DNA of 63,613 nucleotides, filler included, from Candidatus Woesearchaeota archaeon (GCA_046538795.1; 5 parts of 5 records of this genome joined end to end with filler, not necessarily neighbours in it); one strand, 5' to 3'; counted from the first letter of the whole stretch, positions 39,435 to 49,997 are shown. Numbers and translations: made by a program. The notes: generated by a model not told the origin, from the letters alone.

Positions 39435-39908
39435 ATGCAATGTGATCTATGTGGAAAAGAGATTGTAAAGGCATCTTATGTATCTATAGAAGGAGTGCCT
39501 ATGGAAGTCTGTTCTTCCTGTGCAAGATATGGAAAAGCAATTCCAAAACCAAAAAAACAACCAAAAAGAAGCGCAGATGACAATAAAAAGCTATTTGAGA
39601 AGATAGTTAACAAGAGAGAACTTTTACTTCTAATCTCACCTGATTATGCAAAAAAGATAAAAGAAGCAAGAGAAGCAAGAGGATTTCGGCAGATCGAGGT
39701 TGCAAAAAAGCTTTCTGAGAGAGAATCTCTTATCCAAAATGTGGAAAATGGAAATATAGAACCGCCTTTAGAGCTTGCAAGAAAACTTGAGAGACTTCTT
39801 TCAATCAAGCTTGTTGAAGAACACGTAGAGGAGCATAAGAAAAAATACCGAGCAACAAAAGGAGATTCATTCACACTGGGAGATTTCATAAAGATCAGGA
39901 AAAGATAG
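39435..39908 (+). CDS. Archaeal multiprotein bridging factor aMBF1
   Basis: CDLCG...VCSSC.RYG zinc ribbon + HTH + TLGDFIKI. Confidence 0.92.
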   Translation: MQCDLCGKEIVKASYVSIEGVPMEVCSSCARYGKAIPKPKKQPKRSADDNKKLFEKIVNKRELLLLISPDYAKKIKEAREARGFRQIEVAKKLSERESLIQNVENGNIEPPLELARKLERLLSIKLVEEHVEEHKKKYRATKGDSFTLGDFIKIRKR

Positions 39909-39981
39909 ATTTAGATTTTTTTAACAATACTTCAATTGGACTGGTAAATATTTTAACACCATGCAAAAGGAGGGATCAATC

Positions 39982-40416
39982 ATGGAAGACTGTATTTTCT
40001 GCAAGATCGTGAAAGGAGATATACCAAGCACAAAGGTGTATGAAGATGAATACTCTGCTGCATTCATGGATATAATGCCTGCTGTAAAAGGACATACACT
40101 TGTGATACCAAAGAATCATCATGAAACTTATCTTGATATTCCTTATGAGACGCTGGAAAATATGGCGAAAACCATCAAAAAGGTTGCATTTGGCGTAATT
40201 AAAGCAATGTCAGCAACAGGGTATAAGATAGAAATTTTTAATGGTGAGAGTGCAGGCCAGGCAGTAAAGCATGCTCATTTCCATATAGTCCCAAGATATG
40301 AGAATGATGATCTCAAATACAGGGAAGACAAGAACTGGTGGGTTCCAAAAAAAGAATTATATTCTGAAGGAGAGATTGAAGAGATTGCAGATAGTATAAG
40401 GAAAAACATGGCTTAA
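39982..40416 (+). CDS. HIT family hydrolase
   Basis: DCIFCKI, GHTLVIPK.H, GQAV.HAHFHIVPR. Confidence 0.94.
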   Translation: MEDCIFCKIVKGDIPSTKVYEDEYSAAFMDIMPAVKGHTLVIPKNHHETYLDIPYETLENMAKTIKKVAFGVIKAMSATGYKIEIFNGESAGQAVKHAHFHIVPRYENDDLKYREDKNWWVPKKELYSEGEIEEIADSIRKNMA

Positions 40417-40420
40417 TCTA

Positions 40421-40520
40421 NNNNNNNNNNNNNNNNNNNNNNNNNNNNNNNNNNNNNNNNNNNNTTAATTAATTAANNNNNNNNNNNNNNNNNNNNNNNN
40501 NNNNNNNNNNNNNNNNNNNN
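40421..40520. other. Artificial contig linker
   Basis: N run with TTAATTAATTAA. Confidence 0.98.
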
Positions 40521-41785
<1,265 letters not shown>

Positions 41786-42120
41786 TTAATTTTAGGTCGT
41801 AAAGCTGTATTTGTAGAATTTTTTTCTAATTTCAAAGAAATTAGCTAAGGTATTTAGTGTTGGTATGACACATTACTTACATCCACTTATTATATAAATA
41901 ATAAATAGTGCAATATCGCATCATCTCACTTAAGCTGCCTGCATCATACATGAATATAATAGCGATTCACGTACTCACAACAAAAATTTATTATTTCTTT
42001 TTCAAGAAATTTTTAAGGAGATGATATCAGGCAAACCAAATGGAATGTCTGAAAACTCAGTTGTTATATGTGATGTTTGTTTACCAAACATGACAAGTAT
42101 CCATGTGGAAATTGAGGTTC

Positions 42121-42135
42121 TTTAAATATCTTTTG
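42121..42135 (-). promoter_or_regulatory. Candidate proximal 16S promoter (BRE + TATA)
   Basis: Minus strand CAAAAGATATTTAAA about 340 nt upstream of the mature 16S 5' end. Confidence 0.45.
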
Positions 42136-42339
42136 ATTTTTTATTCAGTGGCAAAGATCGAATGTAATTTGTCAGTGAATAAAATTTGGAAGGCAAAAAT
42201 GAAATTTTTGTCTTTCATGATTTAAACAGCCATTTTGAATGCTGCTTTTAAGATTTTATATTCCATCACAAGTGGTGAAATATAATTGATTATTTGATGT
42301 AATTCGGAATAACCCAATTGATTTGATATCTTAATGGAC

Positions 42340-42438
42340 TTAAGCAGCTCTGCGTCTGTTTTCTTTACGCATCTTCTTCTTGATCCATTTCCATCTCATC
42401 TGTCTTGGTTTTTTCCAACGTCTTGAACTTCTTTTCAT
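42340..42438 (-). CDS. rpl41e: Ribosomal protein eL41/eS32 (32 aa)
   Basis: MKRSSRRWKKPRQMRWKWIKKKMRKENRRRAA*, resembles archaeal L41e; GAGGT RBS; TTTATAAA box at 42486-42493. Confidence 0.88.
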   Translation of the reverse strand: MKRSSRRWKKPRQMRWKWIKKKMRKENRRRAA

Positions 42439-42690
42439 TCTATAACCTCAATGATTAACAGTATTTAACTTGGATTTGGAGGTTATTTATAAAGTTAATG
42501 ATTTTGTCGCATAATTTTATCTGCCATATTTCAAGACAATTTCCTTTTCTGATCAAAAAAAGCACGTTTTTGATCAGCCACCCACTATTATATATAGTGC
42601 AATTACTGGTATATAAACCTTTCGGTTAATTGTCACTGGAAAGTGGTGTGAAAACTGTTGCAAGAACCATATTAATCATCTATCTCCATT

Positions 42691-42714
42691 ATCAGTAAAA
42701 AGCAAGGGACGTTT
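42691..42714. repeat. 24-bp direct repeat, left copy
   Basis: ATCAGTAAAAAGCAAGGGACGTTT, identical to 44092..44115. Confidence 0.92.
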
Positions 42715-42785
42715 AGATAATTCAAAGCCAGCTATTAGTTCAGACATATAATTATGGTTTTTGAGATAAGTATCTGCAAAAATTT

Positions 42786-44003
42786 TTACAACATAATCTT
42801 TGTTCTTAAACGCTTCATCCATTTAATCACAGGAATAACTTCTATTATCATTCCATCTTTTTCAAACGAATCTTCTTGGTGATGTGTAATTATTGACCCT
42901 TTCTTGATGCCTGTTTTTTTCATTCCATCTATCAATCCACTTATTTCTCTTTTTTGATTATCAGTATTTAGTTCATAACATACCTGAATTGCGGAAAAAT
43001 TTTTCTTTTTTATTATGAAATCACACTCATTTTTTTCCTTGTAAAAGTAAATTTCAAAACCTTTTCGTTTTAATTCAATAAAAACAAGGTTCTCAAGCAG
43101 CCTTCCAATGTTTTTTGAAAATTGAAATGATGTTTGTGTTATAAATCCATTATCTACGCAATATACCTTTCGCATATTTCGTAATTGCTTTTTTAATGAG
43201 TAATCAAAAATATTGATCGTGAATATGAAATACGCATCTTCAAGTGCATCCATCAAAGAAATAATTGTATTAGGAGATCCAACACCCATCATATCTTTAA
43301 TTTTATTATAAGATATTTCTTTTCCTGTATTTGATAAAATATATGAAACTAAACGTTCTACTATTGCCTCTTCGCGAATTCTGTGACGCACCAGGACATC
43401 TTTATAGATAACGTCTTTAACAAGAGATTCTAAGATTCTTACATCTTTTTGAAATATATATTCGGGCATTCCTCCATCTATAAGATATTCATCTAACATC
43501 TCCATTGATTCTTTTTTATTATTTGCAAGACAATATTCTGAAAAACTAAATGGATATAACTCTTCAGAAATATGTCTCCCAGTTAGCCTAGTTCCTAGCT
43601 CTTTGCTCATCAATGAACTATTTGAACCAGTTACATATACTTCTTTTCCAGAATCAACCAGTGATCGCACATAAATTTCCCACCCATCAACATTTTGCAC
43701 TTCATCAAGAAAATATATGCCCTCCTGCCCTAAAGTGTTTTGAAATACTTCATCTAACTTAGTAAAATCTATTTTTTCAAAGGAAGATAAAAGTAAATCC
43801 TCAAAATGCAAATAATAAATAGGCTTTTTTGTATGAAGAAACTGTCGCAAAAGAGTTGATTTACCACACCTTCTAAGTCCGGTAATTATTAATGCAAACT
43901 TTTTAAGCGGTTTTATTTCTTTTTTTCTGGGAATTCCAACTGGCAATAAAAGATCTTTTTGCTGCCTAATTATAATCTCATTTAGCAAGTCTTTTGATAT
44001 CAT
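42786..44003 (-). CDS. AAA+ ATPase (AAA_14 + DUF4143 type)
   Basis: GLRRCGKS, FLDEVQ, TGSNS, LTGR, GGMPE, KVYCVDNG, ENLV, ECDF...IQVC. Confidence 0.92.
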   Translation of the reverse strand: MISKDLLNEIIIRQQKDLLLPVGIPRKKEIKPLKKFALIITGLRRCGKSTLLRQFLHTKKPIYYLHFEDLLLSSFEKIDFTKLDEVFQNTLGQEGIYFLDEVQNVDGWEIYVRSLVDSGKEVYVTGSNSSLMSKELGTRLTGRHISEELYPFSFSEYCLANNKKESMEMLDEYLIDGGMPEYIFQKDVRILESLVKDVIYKDVLVRHRIREEAIVERLVSYILSNTGKEISYNKIKDMMGVGSPNTIISLMDALEDAYFIFTINIFDYSLKKQLRNMRKVYCVDNGFITQTSFQFSKNIGRLLENLVFIELKRKGFEIYFYKEKNECDFIIKKKNFSAIQVCYELNTDNQKREISGLIDGMKKTGIKKGSIITHHQEDSFEKDGMIIEVIPVIKWMKRLRTKIML

Positions 44004-44091
44004 AGGAATATGTGTTCATTTTAAATATATAAATGTTTTCATTTTAAAAGAACACGTACGAATTATTTAATTATAATTTATCATATCTATC

Positions 44092-44115
44092 ATCAGTAAA
44101 AAGCAAGGGACGTTT
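44092..44115. repeat. 24-bp direct repeat, right copy
   Basis: Identical to 42691..42714. Confidence 0.92.
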
Positions 44116-44135
44116 TGGAGGTTCAATACTGGCTA

Positions 44136-44750
44136 TCAATACTTGCTATCAATACAGCCATCATATGTGATGTTTAAGATAATTCTTTGCTGAAATTTGT
44201 GAAAAATCTGCAAAGAGTTCAGAAACAGATTAGAAAGTGTTCTACGTTTATAATAATGATTTCCGATTGTTCCTTGAAATCTGAAAGTTCTCTTGTCAGG
44301 GTCATATTCAGGCCGAGTTACCTGAAGAGATACACCGATATTCATGACAAATACATCTCGCTCCATCATCTCATAAAGTATGATCGATAATGAAGTTTTC
44401 TTTTTTGCATCTTCCACCAACGGCTGCATATAAGCAAATTCAGGAAGTCTTAGTTTATTTAACAAGGAGTCAAGCGTATCTTTCAATTGATCAATAGGCT
44501 TGACTTGTGTTTCATAATATTTTTCTACTAATTTTGGAAAATAATCTTCAGACAGAAGACCAGATTGACTTACAAAAACCCTTAAAAGAAACTCAAATTT
44601 AGGAATACCATATGCTGCAACATCTTCATAGTCAAGAAAAGATCTCGATGAATCATATATTTCAATAGATTTTTGTAACTGAAACGTGGTTTTAACAACA
44701 GTTAGAATCATTATCTGATTCCCATCTGCTGATTTGAGAATCTGCTTCAA
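44136..44750 (-). CDS. Hypothetical protein (possibly frameshifted continuation of the upstream ORF)
   Basis: 204-aa frame overlapping the upstream ORF by 59 bp. Confidence 0.45.
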   Translation of the reverse strand: MKQILKSADGNQIMILTVVKTTFQLQKSIEIYDSSRSFLDYEDVAAYGIPKFEFLLRVFVSQSGLLSEDYFPKLVEKYYETQVKPIDQLKDTLDSLLNKLRLPEFAYMQPLVEDAKKKTSLSIILYEMMERDVFVMNIGVSLQVTRPEYDPDKRTFRFQGTIGNHYYKRRTLSNLFLNSLQIFHKFQQRIILNITYDGCIDSKY

Positions 44751-45114
44751 GGTCTGCTATAATCCTTTGTATGCCTATAGAATATGATCGATCCTTTTTC
44801 CGGGATTCTGGTATATGATGATATTTTATATCTTTCATATATTCTCTTAACCTTGAAAGAAGAATTCCCCTGTCTTTTACTTCCTGAAGCACATTATTGG
44901 AATATTCAAGGGATTTGTTTCTTAGGTCAAAATTAATTTTTACAGAAGAATATGCCTTGTATTTCTCATTTATAAAAGAATAAAGTTCAGAATAAGCACA
45001 CACTCTTTTGGAAGGATATTTTATATTTTCAATCTCTTCAAGTCTTGCGTCTATTGATTCCAAAGCCTCTATTCCATCTTCAGGAAAGATCTCATTCGCT
45101 TTCATCTTTATCAT
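44692..45114 (-). CDS. Hypothetical protein
   Basis: 140-aa ORF. Confidence 0.5.
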   Translation of the reverse strand: MIKMKANEIFPEDGIEALESIDARLEEIENIKYPSKRVCAYSELYSFINEKYKAYSSVKINFDLRNKSLEYSNNVLQEVKDRGILLSRLREYMKDIKYHHIPESRKKDRSYSIGIQRIIADLEADSQISRWESDNDSNCC

Positions 45115-45640
45115 TCATCTCATTAAGTTCAATCATCTTATCTGCAACTTCCTGTTCAATAGTATCAGGATTTTCATAAGGAGGCTCGACAACCTCATAT
45201 AATTCTCCATTTACAAACCTGTAAATTTTGCCATCATCGTTATCAAGTCCCAAGAATTTTCCAATCATCTCATCCATCAGTTCTCGTCCAAAGATATTAT
45301 CAGCAATATCCTCTAAAAGATCATAAAAGCATCTGAGATTATGTGCAGAATAAGCAAGTTCTCCCCTGACTTCTGCTTCCAAAGAATCAACACCCATATT
45401 ATGAGCAATAGCCATGGTCTTATCAAGCGACTCATAGCTTAGATGATGTTCTTCCATGTAAGAATCGATCTTTATTCCAATAGATGACATCAGACCAAGA
45501 GCAGCCTCTTTTTTTCTATCTTCATCAGAAATCAAAGAGATTTTATGATATATATCTCTGAATGCTTTCAAAGAATTATCTATCGGTTCGTCACAATTCG
45601 CATCAAATTCATCATAATCTGAAAAATCATATTCTGCCAT
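45092..45640 (-). CDS. Hypothetical acidic protein
   Basis: GAGGT RBS before ATG 45640; TATA box upstream. Confidence 0.6.
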   Translation of the reverse strand: MAEYDFSDYDEFDANCDEPIDNSLKAFRDIYHKISLISDEDRKKEAALGLMSSIGIKIDSYMEEHHLSYESLDKTMAIAHNMGVDSLEAEVRGELAYSAHNLRCFYDLLEDIADNIFGRELMDEMIGKFLGLDNDDGKIYRFVNGELYEVVEPPYENPDTIEQEVADKMIELNEMNDKDESE

Positions 45641-45796
45641 TTTAACCTCAAAAACAGAAGAACGAATCAAAATCAATATAAAAACATTTTTGTTATTGTC
45701 ACTTGAAAGTTAAATTGAATATCTGAGAGCAGAAAGTGTATTTTTAAAATATGATGATATATCTTTTTCGTCTTTCAGAACTTTTGCATTATAGTT

Positions 45797-45941
45797 ATAA
45801 CTCAAACCGATGGCTATTCCCCTACCTGCTTGAAGAGTACCCGTTCAGGGCAAACCCCACAAAAACGAAAAGAAATTTTTTAAATTTCTACGCACATTGA
45901 AATAAGGTTTCAATTGTGTTTCATGCGAAATTTTCAATAAA
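45797..45941. repeat. Dispersed structured repeat R1, second full-length copy
   Basis: 137/145 identical to 227..371. Confidence 0.95.
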
Positions 45942-45957
45942 TAATTTTCAGAAAAAA

Positions 45958-47355
45958 TCAGTCAACACAGAAACCAGAATCTTCAATGTCTCCTGATTCA
46001 ACCCATTCCTTGTAAGGACATATTGAATAATCAGAATATTTTCTTAAAGGAACATTGTCTTTCTTGATCTTGTCTATAAGCGAATCAACTATTTTCCAGG
46101 AAAAATTGATAAAGTCATAGTCTGCATAGTGTACTTTAGAGCCCTTTACAGATCCAAGTATTATGTTTTCGTAGGCTTCAGGAGCTGTTATGCCAAAATC
46201 ACGAGAATAGTTGAAAGAAAGTTCGACAGGAACAGAGTCAAATCCAGATCCCAGCTTTTTGGTATTCAGAACAAAATAGATTTCCTCTTTTGGCTGGAAC
46301 TCAAGCCTTAGCCTGTTATTGTAGCCATTGAATTCCCTGAATATTATTTCTATATAAAATCTCTTATCCTCAAGTTTTTTTCCTGTGAGTATCTTAAAAG
46401 GAACGCCGTCCCACCTGTGGTTATCAATATAGAGCGGAAGAGAAACAAAAGTCTCTGTATTGGAATCATGACCTATGTCTTTTTGATATGATGCATACTG
46501 GCCTAAGTAGATCTGATCTTTTTTTGGCAGTCTTATGCTTTTGAGTATCTCAATCTTTTTTTCAGAAACACGATCAAAAAAATGTTCTGTGAAACCATTC
46601 TCTTTAAGTTCTTTCAACGGTATATCTATAGATATGAGAGACAACACCTGAAGAAGATGGTTCTGAACAATATCTTTTATAGCACCAGTCTTGTCATAAA
46701 AAGATGCTCTTTCTTCTGCTCCGCTCTTCTCGCTCATAGCTATCCTTACCTCTTTAACATGCTCTTTTGAAAGAAGCGTCTCTAGAAGATAATTCTGTGA
46801 TCTTAACATAAGGATGTTCTGGACTGCTTCTTTTCCGAGATAATGATCAACTCTGTATATTTCCTCTGGCAAGAAATTTTCTGTTATTGCAGATTCAAGT
46901 TCTGTTGATGATTCTTCATCTGATCCAAAAGGTTTTTCGATAACGATTCTCTTGTTTTTTGGCCTGCAGTTGGTAAAAAAGAAATCCTTAATTATCCTTA
47001 CAACATCATGATAGAATCGGGGAAGGGTCGATAGATAAAAGATATAATTGCCTGTAAGAGGAAAATTGCATACTTCTGCAAATTTTTCAGGATCATCAAA
47101 ATCTGCTTTTACATAAAAGAAACTGTCGATAAGCTTATCGCCTATCTTTTCAGAGTAATCTTTAGCAAACTCATCCTTGAGTCTTTTTTTTAAATGTTTT
47201 TTATATTCACTCTGATCATCATATCTTCTTCCAATAGCAACTGCCTTGAACTTGTCAAGCTTGCCTTTTTTTACAAGACTATACATTGCTGGAAGAAGCT
47301 TGTTTGAAAAAAGGTCTCCAGTTCCTCCAAAGAATACAAATGTCGGTTCCATCAT
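45958..47355 (-). CDS. zwf: Glucose-6-phosphate 1-dehydrogenase (bacterial/eukaryotic type)
   Basis: GGTGDL, IEKPFG, YRVDHYLGKEAVQN, DIVQNHLLQ, RWDGVPF..TGK. Confidence 0.95.
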   Translation of the reverse strand: MMEPTFVFFGGTGDLFSNKLLPAMYSLVKKGKLDKFKAVAIGRRYDDQSEYKKHLKKRLKDEFAKDYSEKIGDKLIDSFFYVKADFDDPEKFAEVCNFPLTGNYIFYLSTLPRFYHDVVRIIKDFFFTNCRPKNKRIVIEKPFGSDEESSTELESAITENFLPEEIYRVDHYLGKEAVQNILMLRSQNYLLETLLSKEHVKEVRIAMSEKSGAEERASFYDKTGAIKDIVQNHLLQVLSLISIDIPLKELKENGFTEHFFDRVSEKKIEILKSIRLPKKDQIYLGQYASYQKDIGHDSNTETFVSLPLYIDNHRWDGVPFKILTGKKLEDKRFYIEIIFREFNGYNNRLRLEFQPKEEIYFVLNTKKLGSGFDSVPVELSFNYSRDFGITAPEAYENIILGSVKGSKVHYADYDFINFSWKIVDSLIDKIKKDNVPLRKYSDYSICPYKEWVESGDIEDSGFCVD

Positions 47356-47391
47356 GATCACCTCAGGATCAGTTATAAAAGAATCTAAAAT

Positions 47392-48099
47392 CTAAAGATC
47401 TGTGACAAGATATGTCTTTGTCGAATTGAGCAATGCTATAGGTGCTTTATGGAGAGAAAGATTCTTTGTAGTAAAATCAAGATATGCCTGCCTTTTTTTC
47501 TTTCCTATGAAAAAAGCAAAAGACACTTTTGACTTGACTATGCTTTCAGGAAGCAAAGTAATTCTCTCTTTAGGGCTTTTTGGGGAATCAGAAACATATG
47601 CATAACCCTTATGCTTAAGGCCTAAAAGATCACTTTCCGGAAACAAAGAACCGATATGCATATCTTCTCCTGAACTTGCGATTATTATGTCAAATGTAAG
47701 GGTAGGTGAATATTTTCTTAATATATCAGTGTAGAACTGTGCGATTTTTTCAGGGTCTTTTTCAGCATATTCTTCAACATCTTCTATATAATGAAAATTC
47801 TCTCGTACAAATTCTGCCAGTCTCGGATGAATCTCTTTTATTATATTTTCCTCAACAACAAAAGAATTTCTCTTTTTCTTATCGATTCTTTCATCAAGCA
47901 TGAAAAAATGCATCCTTTCAAAAGGAAGTTTTTCAATATTTCTCCCAAGCTCCTTGTAAAAACCAGGAACAGATTCTCCTCCGCACAGGGCTACATTTAT
48001 CAATTTGTTTGCAGGAAGGCTTCTGACCTCATTTTCAAACTCTTTGAAAAATTCTCCTGCAAGTTCCTCGACAGTTTCAGTGTTTATTATCTCGACCAT
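47392..48099 (-). CDS. pgl: 6-phosphogluconolactonase
   Basis: ALCGG.S, DER, GEDMHIGSLFP, SPKSPKERITL; adjacent to zwf. Confidence 0.88.
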   Translation of the reverse strand: MVEIINTETVEELAGEFFKEFENEVRSLPANKLINVALCGGESVPGFYKELGRNIEKLPFERMHFFMLDERIDKKKRNSFVVEENIIKEIHPRLAEFVRENFHYIEDVEEYAEKDPEKIAQFYTDILRKYSPTLTFDIIIASSGEDMHIGSLFPESDLLGLKHKGYAYVSDSPKSPKERITLLPESIVKSKVSFAFFIGKKKRQAYLDFTTKNLSLHKAPIALLNSTKTYLVTDL

Positions 48100-48121
48100 A
48101 TATTATCACTTTTGGGAAATA

Positions 48122-49066
48122 TCACTCATCTTTCATGATTTCCTTGTATGCTGTGCTTACAGCAACCGCTCCTTCTGCAGCTGCGGTAATTAGTTGTTTC
48201 ATTGCGTTATTAGTAACATCTCCTGCTGCAAATACACCATTTATATTTGTCTTCTGGTATTTATCTGTTTTGATAAAATTATTCTCAAGCTCAATACCCA
48301 AAGTTTCAGCAAGCTTTGTGTTAGGTATAGATCCTATCTCAACAAAGATTCCGTCAACAGGAAGCTCTTTTTCGTCTCCTTTAGTTTCTATGAGAAGCGA
48401 TTCCACAAGCATGCTTCCTCTTATCTCTTTTAGATTTGTCTCGAAAAGACATTCTATCTTGGGATTTTCTTCAACTGCACTAACCCAGGCAGGCTGTCCT
48501 CTGTAAAACTTATCCCGCCTGTATATTATATAGACCTTTTCTGCAAAATCCGCCAAAAGAAGAGCAGCAGTCAAAGCTGAATCACTCCCGCCTGTAACAG
48601 CAACAACCTTGTCTCTGAAAAAAGCGCCATCACAGGTTGCACAATAGCTTACACCTTTTCCCAGAAATTCTTTTTCTCCTGGAACATTTTGTTTTCTTTT
48701 CTCTGAACCAAGCGCCAGTATGACTTTTTTTGCCTTGTAAGTTTTTGATTGTGTCGATACATTGAATATATTGTCTTCTTTTTTTATATCTGTTACAAAA
48801 TCCACAATAACAGGTACTTTCAAAAATTTAACCTGTTCGACAAGCTTTTGAGTAAAATCCATGCCTGATATCTCGACATATGAAGGAAAATTGCAAACCC
48901 TGTGAGCTTCAGCGATCATGCCGCCCATCTGATTTCCGATTATCACTGTATCCATCCTGTATCTGGCTGCATAAACTGCTGCGCTAAGCCCTCCCGGACC
49001 TGTGCCTACTATAGCAATATCATATACCTTGTCATCAGAAGCATTATTGTTATCTTTGATATCCAT
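48122..49066 (-). CDS. trxB: Thioredoxin-disulfide reductase
   Basis: G.GPGGLSAAVYAAR, GVSYCATCDG, YRR, FAAGD. Confidence 0.94.
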   Translation of the reverse strand: MDIKDNNNASDDKVYDIAIVGTGPGGLSAAVYAARYRMDTVIIGNQMGGMIAEAHRVCNFPSYVEISGMDFTQKLVEQVKFLKVPVIVDFVTDIKKEDNIFNVSTQSKTYKAKKVILALGSEKRKQNVPGEKEFLGKGVSYCATCDGAFFRDKVVAVTGGSDSALTAALLLADFAEKVYIIYRRDKFYRGQPAWVSAVEENPKIECLFETNLKEIRGSMLVESLLIETKGDEKELPVDGIFVEIGSIPNTKLAETLGIELENNFIKTDKYQKTNINGVFAAGDVTNNAMKQLITAAAEGAVAVSTAYKEIMKDE

Positions 49067-49149
49067 AAAAACACCCTTATATTGTTTGCCTAAAATCACC
49101 TATATTATTTAAAGTTTAGTGATGAGAAGTTAAGAAAAACAAACAAAAA

Positions 49150-49192
49150 CAGGAAAAAAGACCCTGAGTGTGAGGACAAGGAAAAGGGTCTT
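49150..49192 (-). terminator. Hairpin + U-tract terminator after trxA
   Basis: AAGACCCT/AGGGTCTT stem (49158-65/49185-92) followed on the minus strand by T-rich tracts. Confidence 0.55.
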
Positions 49193-49210
49193 AGTTTCCT
49201 GAGATTATAA

Positions 49211-49543
49211 TCAAATGTTCTTTTCAATCCAGCCTTCTATCGCTTCTTCAGGCATTACACCTACAAACTCATCAATTATCTTTCCATCCTTGAACATCTT
49301 GACTGAAGGTATGCTCATTATCCCAAACTGATTGCTTATGACAGGGTTATCATCAACATTCAATTTTGCAACCATGATCTTATCCTTATGCTTTTTTGCA
49401 ATAGTATCCATTGCCGGAGAAAGCATCTTGCAAGGCATGCACCAGTCAGCCCAGAAATCCACTACAACAGGGAGCTCTTTGGACTGCGCAACCACTTTCT
49501 CTTCAAAATCTGAATCTGTAACATCTATTGTATTTTCTGACAT
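49211..49543 (-). CDS. trxA: Thioredoxin
   Basis: VVDFWADWCMPCK, IMSIP. Confidence 0.95.
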   Translation of the reverse strand: MSENTIDVTDSDFEEKVVAQSKELPVVVDFWADWCMPCKMLSPAMDTIAKKHKDKIMVAKLNVDDNPVISNQFGIMSIPSVKMFKDGKIIDEFVGVMPEEAIEGWIEKNI

Positions 49544-49659
49544 TTTTACACCCCTTGGTTATCTATTAAAAATATTTTTAACCCTATTTATAAGGAAAGT
49601 ATCTTGCCCCTTATTTAAAAAGGTATTATTTAACATGACAAGAATTCGTTTAATGTGGT

Positions 49660-49693
49660 AAAAAAAAGGGGCTTTTAGTGGGGGTGCCCCTTT
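49660..49693 (-). terminator. GC-rich hairpin + U-tract terminator
   Basis: AAAGGGGC...GCCCCTTT stem running into T8 on the minus strand. Confidence 0.6.
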
Positions 49694-49997
49694 ATAGAAT
49701 GTCAGAAGCAGCGGTGGTGATATAATGTTTGAAAGGTCTTTGACGATCTCTAAGCCAACAGATATTGCATGCCTTTTGACTGATTTTCAGCCTTTATCAT
49801 CAGCTGATTTTTATTTTTCTTTTTGATATTTACTGATAAGGCTTGCTGATAAATATCATTTTTCGATCAGATCAAAATCATCCATCTTATTCATGATATG
49901 ATCTCTTAACGATTTATGATATTTTTATCTATCTCATATGTTATCTGTTATTTGTCTTTTCATTGATCATCAAAGACCTATTTATTATAACACTATG

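Noticed and set aside
42099..42120. TCCATGTGGAAATTGAGG resembling an ORB origin box
   Set aside because: Single imperfect copy, no cdc6/orc1 in the window, and it lies in the rRNA leader/promoter region
49071..49087. NrdR-box-like ACCCTTATATTGTT upstream of trxB
   Set aside because: Single weak match overlapping the RBS in an AT-rich genome
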